IMG/VR virus record: IMGVR_UViG_3300009130_000010
Coordinates: 38,930 to 102,929 of that record
DNA length: 64,000 nucleotides
Direction: 5' to 3' (one strand)
Origin: a virus
Shown in pieces: positions 57,017 through 64,000 of the stretch. A model generated the notes under the pieces. The model was not told the origin of the DNA, searched no databases, and worked only from the letters and a program-made list of their open reading frames with translations. A program made the translations under genes and the position numbers. How positions within the stretch are numbered: position 1 is the first letter of the stretch; every line of letters begins with the position of its first letter.

Positions 57017-57744
57017 AAATAGCTGTTTGTGTTAGTGGACAATTACGAGGTCACTGGGAAGAATCTATTAAAACGTGGCCGTTAATGTTTGATAAAGAAT
57101 CCGAGGTTGATTACTTTGTACATACATGGACAAATAAAACGGCCCCTAATGCTATAGCACATAAAAATAAAGACGACGAAGAAAAAAGTATTAGTAAGCA
57201 AGAACTTAACAAACTTAAAAAAATATTAAAGCCTAAAAAAATATTAATAGAAGATCCTATAGAATTTAAAACTGAAAACGAATGGGCAGTATTTGACCCA
57301 AATTATCATAGTCAATTTTACGGTGTTATGATGGCTTGTAATTTAAAACAACAATACGAACATGATTTTGCTTTACAATATGATGTTTGTGTAAGAATGA
57401 GATTCGATAATTACGTTGAAAAAAAATATCATATATCACAAATGAAAATGGGCGAAGCTCATATCATTCATCAAACGTTTGATAAAAATCATAGATATAG
57501 ATGTAGTGATGTTTACTTTGCTACAACAAGTTTTGACTATGACCGTATGTGTGATTTTTATAGTTGTATACCTAGATATAAAAAAGATTGGTTTGTAATT
57601 AACGACGACAAAACATACGGACCTGAACACGTTTTAGCATTTCATATGAAAGCTAATAATATAAAACCTGTACAAACTTATATGCCAATTAAATTAAAAC
57701 GAGAAGAAAAACATTATAGCGGAGGTGCCCATGAGATCACCTAA
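57013..57744 (+). CDS. Putative glycosyltransferase-like protein (KIAVC.SGQ.R family)
   Basis: KIAVCVSGQLR, DYFVHTW, SQFY, YD..VRMRFD, SD, PE. Confidence 0.55.
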   Translation: MKIAVCVSGQLRGHWEESIKTWPLMFDKESEVDYFVHTWTNKTAPNAIAHKNKDDEEKSISKQELNKLKKILKPKKILIEDPIEFKTENEWAVFDPNYHSQFYGVMMACNLKQQYEHDFALQYDVCVRMRFDNYVEKKYHISQMKMGEAHIIHQTFDKNHRYRCSDVYFATTSFDYDRMCDFYSCIPRYKKDWFVINDDKTYGPEHVLAFHMKANNIKPVQTYMPIKLKREEKHYSGGAHEIT

Positions 57745-58456
57745 GGTAGCCATTTGCTGGAGTGGGCAATTACGAACTGGCTTACGAGCTGTTCCGTACT
57801 TGTTAAGATTTTTTGAAAATATAAAAAACATTGATCATTTTTATCATAGTTGGGATAACGATCAGCCAAAAGAAGATTGGGATAAACTTAATGAACTTTT
57901 AGATCCAGTTGAGTCGTTTATTGAAACACCTTGGAAACATAGAGGCTTTGCTGGTAATATGTTACATAGTATACAACAATCTAATTGGCTTAAACGACAA
58001 CATGAACTTAAAAATAAATTTAGATATGACATTGTAATTAAATGTAGATTTGATTTATTAATACCAATACACAAACGTTGGATATACCCTGAAGTAGTTG
58101 ATAGAAGCATATATTATAGCATAGGCAACAACGGACTAGTGCTAACTGATTTTGCTACACACGGCTTTAGTGATTTAATTTATTGGGGTAATAGTCATGC
58201 TATGGATATCATTAGTGACTCTTATAGATATTATAATTGGACATTAATGCCAAAACAATTAACTTGCTTAACTGGTGGTAATGTAGACCCTGAAGACACA
58301 ATGTATTCTCCAGGTACAATAATGTATCAACTAGGACAAAAATATAATTTAAGAATGATACAAATAGAACCACAACTAGGAGAAACACTTTGGCGAACAT
58401 CAGTTGTTGACTTAGATCCATATCTAGACTGGAATGAAATTAGAGAGGCATACTAA
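57731..58456 (+). CDS. Paralog of the upstream KVAIC.SGQLR-family protein
   Basis: KVAICWSGQLR, DHFYHSW, YDIVIKCRFD, FSDLIYWG; ATG 57731 with SD GGAGGT. Confidence 0.55.
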   Translation: MRSPKVAICWSGQLRTGLRAVPYLLRFFENIKNIDHFYHSWDNDQPKEDWDKLNELLDPVESFIETPWKHRGFAGNMLHSIQQSNWLKRQHELKNKFRYDIVIKCRFDLLIPIHKRWIYPEVVDRSIYYSIGNNGLVLTDFATHGFSDLIYWGNSHAMDIISDSYRYYNWTLMPKQLTCLTGGNVDPEDTMYSPGTIMYQLGQKYNLRMIQIEPQLGETLWRTSVVDLDPYLDWNEIREAY

Positions 58457-58899
58457 TGATCATCAGTACTGTTAACTTGTTCTGTTATTATAATATACCG
58501 GGAGCAGATAAAGAAATGTTGTTTGGGTTTAAAAATCATACACACGCTACTAAAGAAACAGATACTAATACAGCATTACATAGTTTTATTGTATACAAAG
58601 ATTGTTATAGAATATTTTATGATCAATGGATTGATAGCGGAGTAGTACAAAAGAAATTTCTAGATAAAGTTGTTGTGCCAGAAATACCAGACTTGCCTGA
58701 TAACTGTAAGCGTTTTTCTTACAATAACATTTATACAGAGGCGGCTACTTACATACAGCAACTTACTGGTACAAGATTTTATCCAAAGTATTTTAATCAT
58801 ACAACATATAAAGAAGGAGATGTGTTGCCAGAACTAAAAGAAAAACTTAGAACAATATTTAAAGAATACAACGACAAACTAGGAATTAAAAATGAGTAA
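58456..58899 (+). CDS. Hypothetical protein
   Basis: Coupled ORF (TAATG overlap). Confidence 0.55.
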   Translation: MIISTVNLFCYYNIPGADKEMLFGFKNHTHATKETDTNTALHSFIVYKDCYRIFYDQWIDSGVVQKKFLDKVVVPEIPDLPDNCKRFSYNNIYTEAATYIQQLTGTRFYPKYFNHTTYKEGDVLPELKEKLRTIFKEYNDKLGIKNE

Positions 58900-59752
58900 G
58901 TTATTAGTAGTAGGTGACAGTTGGTGCTTCGGTAGTGAAATTAGAAACCCTGATTTAAGTGTGGATATTAAAGACTGGGATATACAAAATAACAGTTATC
59001 GCATACCTAGAATTTGGCCTACATTACTTGCTAAAGAATTAGGTACAGGTTTAACTAACTTATCTTACCCGGCGGCAAGTAATGATCGTATATTACGACT
59101 TACTGAAAGTTGGTTGTATGAAAATTATATAAGTCGAAATAGAAGTACTAATGAACTTAAAGTTATAATTGGTTGGACAAGTCCAGAACGTAAAGACTTT
59201 TTCTATACTGACCCCCATAATAAAAGTACACCAAACTGGACAACTATATGGCCACAACAAGCAGGATTTGATTATGTACAACCAGGCATGAATGATTTCT
59301 TTAAACTATATGTAACTTACTTGTGGCATCAACGTGAAGCATTAAATAGGTACGTTCATCAAGTAACAGCAATGGAAAATTTATGTAAGGCACATGACAT
59401 CGAATTGCTGATGTTTCAAGCGTTCTATGACGCAGGCAAAGGCATACACGGAGCAAAAGAAAATATGGATGACTTTATAGATTATAAAAGTCCAGGTTAT
59501 ATAAATGATGAATTTGAGAAAGCAGAGCTTGGAGAAAAACATCCAGGCTGGCATCATCATTACAGTAATGAAATGAATAAGACAATGTGGGAATGCCTAA
59601 ATCAAAAAACATTTATGACAGAAAGTTTCTTTGGTTATATGAAAAAGAAAGGCCTCGATAAAACAATTATAGGACAGCATCCAAATGAATTAGGACATAA
59701 ACTTTGGGCTGAACATATTAAAAAATATATAAAGGATAATTTAAAATGGTAA
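58892..59752 (+). CDS. SGNH/GDSL-like hydrolase or acyltransferase
   Basis: GDSW..G.E, WP, NLS...ASNDRI, IGWT..ER, HPNELGH..WA. Confidence 0.75.
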   Translation: MSKLLVVGDSWCFGSEIRNPDLSVDIKDWDIQNNSYRIPRIWPTLLAKELGTGLTNLSYPAASNDRILRLTESWLYENYISRNRSTNELKVIIGWTSPERKDFFYTDPHNKSTPNWTTIWPQQAGFDYVQPGMNDFFKLYVTYLWHQREALNRYVHQVTAMENLCKAHDIELLMFQAFYDAGKGIHGAKENMDDFIDYKSPGYINDEFEKAELGEKHPGWHHHYSNEMNKTMWECLNQKTFMTESFFGYMKKKGLDKTIIGQHPNELGHKLWAEHIKKYIKDNLKW

Positions 59753-60525
59753 AAAACGATCTCAACATTCATACAGTTTATAATGCTGGCGATAGTTTTG
59801 CTACTGGTGTTGGATTACATGATCCAAAAGTTTCATCATACCCTGTTAAGATAGCAGAAGCATTTGATTCTAAATTAATAAGTTTAGCTAGACCAGGTTG
59901 TTGTAATTTTAGTATTAGTTTAATGATAAAATATTTCGTTGACAACTTTGACGAAGATGCATTTTATATAATATCTACTACTAATGAAGATAGATTACAT
60001 TGGCTTAAACCTGGTATAGTGTATAGTAACGAACAGGAAGTAACAATTCAAGATTTAAATTATGAAGATTATAAAGAAAACTTATTAACTGACTTACCGT
60101 TTAATAGTAACAATATTCTCCAAAGTGAAACTTGTAGCAATATATTATTATTTAAAGAAGGTGGCATACCAACTAACAAAACATTAAAAAGCGAACCAGA
60201 GTCTAGACTTAATACATTGTGTTCATATGTTAAAGAAGTTCATGATAGTAAAATTAAACGATACGAAGATTGTGGCATTTTTGCCACACAATTACATAGA
60301 TTAAATCAACTAACATCAAATTGGGTATTGTTTACAATGTGGCACGAGTTAGAAGAGATGTTTCCTAATAACTTTTTACAAGTAGATTACGGTATTGTTA
60401 GCAAAGAATATCCAGATGATCTAGGCAGTGGACACTTTAATAGAACAGGTCATAGAGTAATAGCAAGAAAATTTGAAGAATGGTATACAAAAAACTATGA
60501 TGTGTCGGATAAATTGTTTAAATAA
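59746..60525 (+). CDS. SGNH/GDSL-like hydrolase or acyltransferase
   Basis: GDSFATG, LARPGCCN, GHFNRTGH..IA. Confidence 0.7.
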   Translation: MVKNDLNIHTVYNAGDSFATGVGLHDPKVSSYPVKIAEAFDSKLISLARPGCCNFSISLMIKYFVDNFDEDAFYIISTTNEDRLHWLKPGIVYSNEQEVTIQDLNYEDYKENLLTDLPFNSNNILQSETCSNILLFKEGGIPTNKTLKSEPESRLNTLCSYVKEVHDSKIKRYEDCGIFATQLHRLNQLTSNWVLFTMWHELEEMFPNNFLQVDYGIVSKEYPDDLGSGHFNRTGHRVIARKFEEWYTKNYDVSDKLFK

Positions 60526-60545
60526 TACAAAGGAGAACATCAACA

Positions 60546-61319
60546 ATGCCAATAAAACTTTTATATACAACAGGCGACAGCTGGACCTATGGCGAAGAAT
60601 TAGGTGATGTAACAGCAGTTGATAACTTGAATCATAAATTTTATAACAGTTGGCCTTGGCACGTTTCACAACATTATAATATTCCACAGCTAATAAATGA
60701 TGCCAGAGGTGGTGGCTCCAATGCTAGGATGTATAGGAGAACAATAGAATTTTTACAATCATACAAAGGTAAATTCTCTGAATTAGCTATTATTGTTGCT
60801 TGGTCAACATACGAGCGTACTGAATTTTCTTTACCAGCAGAAGAGAAATATCATGACGGTGAGAAATTTGTTGAATGGACTGAACGACAATTCTTCCATT
60901 GGCATCACAGTAATGATCCAGAATCTATGGATTTTAGTGGATTCTTGAGTCCAGGACAAAATATGGCATTGAAGTCATTACATAAAAGTTGGACATTACT
61001 ACGAGACCCTTCAGGTGATGCTCCTGCTTTAAAAAACTTAATGTGGTCATTACAAGAAATTTGTAAAACAAATAAAATAAAACTTCATCAATTTTTTGCA
61101 TTAACTAATCCCGAATTTGAAAAAGAGTACAGCGAGTATGAACCAATTTGGGCCGAACAAGTCAAATACTATCAACCTGCTTTTGCTAGTAAAACATTTG
61201 GTGCTGGTGAAGGTATAACTGGATTTGTTTCTAGGGTTGGTATTGGCTCGCACCCAAACGAAAAAGGACATAAAGAAATAGCAAACTTTATAGTAGATAA
61301 GATAGGAGATAAAATATGA
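60546..61319 (+). CDS. SGNH/GDSL-like hydrolase or acyltransferase
   Basis: GDSWTYGEE, SWP, NDA.GGGSN.R..R, WS..ER, HPNEKGH..IA. Confidence 0.75.
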   Translation: MPIKLLYTTGDSWTYGEELGDVTAVDNLNHKFYNSWPWHVSQHYNIPQLINDARGGGSNARMYRRTIEFLQSYKGKFSELAIIVAWSTYERTEFSLPAEEKYHDGEKFVEWTERQFFHWHHSNDPESMDFSGFLSPGQNMALKSLHKSWTLLRDPSGDAPALKNLMWSLQEICKTNKIKLHQFFALTNPEFEKEYSEYEPIWAEQVKYYQPAFASKTFGAGEGITGFVSRVGIGSHPNEKGHKEIANFIVDKIGDKI

Positions 61320-61438
61320 GGTTGTTAAGACGTATAAAGAAGTTCTTTACTGATATCTATTTAAAAATTAAAATGGAAATAGCATACAGAAAGAAACTTA
61401 AAGAAATTAAAAAACGAGATCCGTTTATATACAAATGA
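61316..61438 (+). CDS. Small basic protein, 40 aa
   Basis: Below the ORF-track cutoff. MRLLRRIKKFFTDIYLKIKMEIAYRKKLKEIKKRDPFIYK; SD AGGAG; ATGA overlaps with both neighbours. Confidence 0.7.
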   Translation: MRLLRRIKKFFTDIYLKIKMEIAYRKKLKEIKKRDPFIYK

Positions 61439-62163
61439 AAATAGTAGTAGCAATGGCTGGCCTTGGAACACGTTTTCAAGAAGCAGGACATACATATCCT
61501 AAACCGTTAATCCGTACGGGCAACACAACTATGATTCAAAACGTGTATTATAGTTTAGCCTGGCCTGGTGATTGGTACTTTATAGCATTGAAAGAACACC
61601 TTGATCAATTTAACTTTATGTTACCGTTATTAGAAAGTATGGGAAGTGTTACAGTAATAGATAAACCAACACGTGGTGCGGCTGAAACATTACAACAATG
61701 TAAAGAAATAATGAATAGTAGTGGTCCTTTTATTAGTGTTAATTGTGATCAAGTATTTGAATGGGACACAACAGAACTACAAGAAAAAATGAAAGTAGAA
61801 CCAGATGCTAGTTACATGACAACTTACGATTCACTAGACGAACAAAGACATAGTTTCGCTCTTACAAATGATAATGACATAGACGTTTGGCATTGTTGTG
61901 AAAAAACAAGACTTGGTTATCATTGTAATAATGCTACTACTGGATTCTATCATTTCGCTAATGGCGAAGTATATAATGAAGCAACAACTAAATTATTATC
62001 CAAACCACCCGAGTATGGTGAATATTATGTGTCATCTGTTTATAACGAGTTAATTGCTAAAAAACATATTGTAAAACAATACAAAGTACACGCAAAAACA
62101 TTTTGGCCTGTTGGTACACAACCTGACTGGTTACATTATACACACAGGCATTTTAGACGATGA
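61435..62163 (+). CDS. Sugar-phosphate nucleotidyltransferase (NTP_transferase / RmlA-GlmU-like)
   Basis: MAGLGTRF...YPKPLI, TRGAAET, NCDQ, EK, ATTGFYHF, GEYYVS..YN, VGT..D. Confidence 0.85.
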   Translation: MKIVVAMAGLGTRFQEAGHTYPKPLIRTGNTTMIQNVYYSLAWPGDWYFIALKEHLDQFNFMLPLLESMGSVTVIDKPTRGAAETLQQCKEIMNSSGPFISVNCDQVFEWDTTELQEKMKVEPDASYMTTYDSLDEQRHSFALTNDNDIDVWHCCEKTRLGYHCNNATTGFYHFANGEVYNEATTKLLSKPPEYGEYYVSSVYNELIAKKHIVKQYKVHAKTFWPVGTQPDWLHYTHRHFRR

Positions 62164-62873
62164 TAACTTTATACACTAATGGTGATAGCTGGACACAAGG
62201 AGACGAACTAGGTCTACCATACAAAGAACACGAAACAGAAGCAGAACAATACTATTGGAGTTGGCCTTGGCAGTTACACAAACTACTAGGTACTACAATG
62301 TGTTTTAATGATGCTGTTAAAGGTACAAGTAACAATAGAATATTTCGCAGAACTACAAATTTTATTAGAAATTATAACAAACATTATAACCCAAGAGAAC
62401 TAATAGTTGTTGTATGTTGGACAACATTAGATAGAGATGAGATTCCTATTGATGTAAACGATACTGGTTGGCATATTCCTATACAAATGTATGGCGTTAA
62501 ATTGCCCAACCATAGTGAGATAAGTAAACTTGATGCTACTACAACAGAAGCATTAAATCAAATTCACAAACCTTACACTATGACTCTCCCTGGGATTAAA
62601 GTTAGATCAGAGTTACAATATTCACGTATGTGGAACTTAAAACAAATTTGTGATAGTTTAGGAATAAAATTAATTCAATCTTGGGCTTTAGACATACCGC
62701 AGTTTGACCCAACACATAACGATTTTGTAAAACAATGGATAGATGATATAAAATATCTGCCAGAGATATTCATTAACTATTGTAGGAAAAAGAATTACCC
62801 ACTCGGTCCAGGAGGACATTGTTATAAAGATGGGCATGAAGGTTGGGCAAAGTACATATATGAAAACATTTAA
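62160..62873 (+). CDS. SGNH/GDSL-like hydrolase or acyltransferase
   Basis: NGDSWTQGDE, SWP, NDA..GTSNNRIFR, WT..DR, GGHC...GH..WA. Confidence 0.72.
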   Translation: MITLYTNGDSWTQGDELGLPYKEHETEAEQYYWSWPWQLHKLLGTTMCFNDAVKGTSNNRIFRRTTNFIRNYNKHYNPRELIVVVCWTTLDRDEIPIDVNDTGWHIPIQMYGVKLPNHSEISKLDATTTEALNQIHKPYTMTLPGIKVRSELQYSRMWNLKQICDSLGIKLIQSWALDIPQFDPTHNDFVKQWIDDIKYLPEIFINYCRKKNYPLGPGGHCYKDGHEGWAKYIYENI

Positions 62874-63168
62874 TATTACATACAACAAATGGAAAGACGT
62901 AACTCGTCCTATAGCTTTTTTAAAAGCAGGAGGAACAACATTATACGTTGAAGCATTAATGAATCAAAAAGATCTTGATGTAATTAATGTTGATACTAAA
63001 ATTCATAGTGCTGATCCTACTTGTGAAAATGCTTGTAAAACTTTACACCCAGGTTGTGAATATAATGTTGTTAATAATTTATCTGGCCCGATTGTTATTA
63101 ATGATGATTGGAAAATTGAAACTGAAAAGGATTTATATGAATATAACTTATACGAGGAATACAGATGA
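62860..63168 (+). CDS. Hypothetical protein, possibly a reduced nucleotidyltransferase-like domain
   Basis: RPIAFLKAGGTTL and KIETEKDL loosely resemble NTP-transferase termini; start ATG 62860. Confidence 0.45.
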   Translation: MKTFNITYNKWKDVTRPIAFLKAGGTTLYVEALMNQKDLDVINVDTKIHSADPTCENACKTLHPGCEYNVVNNLSGPIVINDDWKIETEKDLYEYNLYEEYR

Positions 63169-63494
63169 AGATATTTGATTTTAAGAAAATGTTTAAAGGC
63201 TGGTTTGTTGGAGACTTTGAAAATACGGCCATGTCTGCTAATTTTGAAGTAGCATATCATACACATACTAAAGGAGAATTCCACCAAGACCACTTTCATA
63301 AAGAACAGCGTGAAGTAACAATGATTATTGAAGGCGAAATGATTTGTAATGGACAGCATTTGAAAGCAAATGATATTTTTGTTATTGAACCTTATGAAGT
63401 AAGTATCTGTGAATTCTTGACAGACGTTAAAGTAATAGTAGTAAAAAATATTTGTAACACAAGTGACAAATATTCATTTGACATTAAGAATTAA
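63165..63494 (+). CDS. Cupin-fold protein (possible sugar isomerase/epimerase)
   Basis: KGWFVGDF, H.H....E.T....G, DIF.IEP.E, VVK....SDKY. Confidence 0.75.
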   Translation: MKIFDFKKMFKGWFVGDFENTAMSANFEVAYHTHTKGEFHQDHFHKEQREVTMIIEGEMICNGQHLKANDIFVIEPYEVSICEFLTDVKVIVVKNICNTSDKYSFDIKN

Positions 63495-63506
63495 AGAAGG
63501 TATAAT
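63478..63506 (+). promoter_or_regulatory. Consensus sigma70 promoter, probably producing a leaderless mRNA
   Basis: TTGACA (63478-83), 17 nt spacer, TATAAT (63501-06); ATG at 63513. Confidence 0.8.
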
Positions 63507-63512
63507 AACACT

Positions 63513-64000
63513 ATGGAACTATACAGAACAATAGCACCCGACGATCATTTTAGTTGTAATTTCTTTTTAATGAGTCGGACAAATGTTAAAGAAGCCGCAG
63601 AAGCATTGGCAATTGGCCAAAGTATTGGTAATCCTTCTGTTAGAAGCAAATATGAAACACCAGAAATGATGGAAAATCATAGTGCTAAAATTATTGCTGA
63701 CCCAGACGACCTAGCAAATATCAAAGCAGGCGTTGTTGAAATTGCTTGGCCATATAGAAATATTGATTGGTATGCTGATGGTATTGCCCAATTAATGTGT
63801 ACTGTAATGGGTGGACAAATGGACATTGATATTATACAACAATGTCATTGGATTGACATTCATATTAATAGACTTAAAGCAGACTTGTCAGTACCATCAT
63901 ATGGATTAAGTGGCTTTAGAGATCATGTTCAATCATATGGCAAACCATTACTTGGTACTATTGTTAAACCAAAAACTGGACTTACTCCTGAGACATTAAA
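63513..64000 (+). CDS. RuBisCO large-subunit-like protein, 5' part; runs off the window end
   Basis: Not in the ORF track. MELYRT...EAAEALAIGQSIGNP...VEIAWP..NID...LMCTVMGGQMDID...PSYGLSGFR...GKPLLGTIVKPKTGLTPETL; PLLGTIVKPKTGL matches RuBisCO PLLG.TIKPKLGL (Lys175/Lys177 region). Confidence 0.85.
   Translation, partial: MELYRTIAPDDHFSCNFFLMSRTNVKEAAEALAIGQSIGNPSVRSKYETPEMMENHSAKIIADPDDLANIKAGVVEIAWPYRNIDWYADGIAQLMCTVMGGQMDIDIIQQCHWIDIHINRLKADLSVPSYGLSGFRDHVQSYGKPLLGTIVKPKTGLTPETL

Noticed and set aside
994-63359. Numerous short ORFs antisense to or nested in long genes (e.g. 2055-2375, 6634-7011, 9028-9276, 25500-25928, 46863-47138, 63003-63359)
   Set aside because: They overlap well-supported genes and have the S/L/F/P-rich composition typical of reverse-frame shadows.
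1-64000. Stop-codon reassignment, introns or inteins as seen in some jumbo phages
   Set aside because: Genes are full length in code 11, with TAA, TAG and TGA all used as stops; no split core genes or intein motifs were noticed.

Overview
This AT-rich 64 kb window comes from a large T4-like (jumbo-type) myophage genome read in the standard genetic code. The gene content (ProX/ProW, proteobacterial-type SufB/SufC) suggests an aquatic proteobacterial host, which is inference only. Core genes: the 5' part of the portal, a tape-measure-like gene, a gp26/gp51-like pair, a Holliday junction resolvase, gp46/gp47, a gp55-like late sigma factor, and a long baseplate/tail operon (gp48/54-, gp53-, gp27-, gp5-, PAAR-, gp25- and gp6-like genes, a 4330-aa wedge/fibre protein and tail fibres) with T4-type TAAATA late promoters. 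Accessory content: (i) a ~450-nt ORF-free, helix-rich element after the resolvase that looks like a minus-strand structured ncRNA; (ii) a probable -1 programmed frameshift fusing the gp26- and gp51-like ORFs; (iii) a cassette of ProX/ProW (no ATPase), a TauD-like dioxygenase with HxN, an adenylate-forming ligase, a nitroreductase and a methyltransferase; (iv) a late trio of secreted or membrane proteins; (v) a sigma70-driven glycan-modification locus with a nested fpr-sufB-sufE-sufC-sufD module, ending in a RuBisCO-like protein truncated by the window edge; (vi) apparent avoidance of GCWGC. All family calls come from motifs recognised by eye; no database searches were run.
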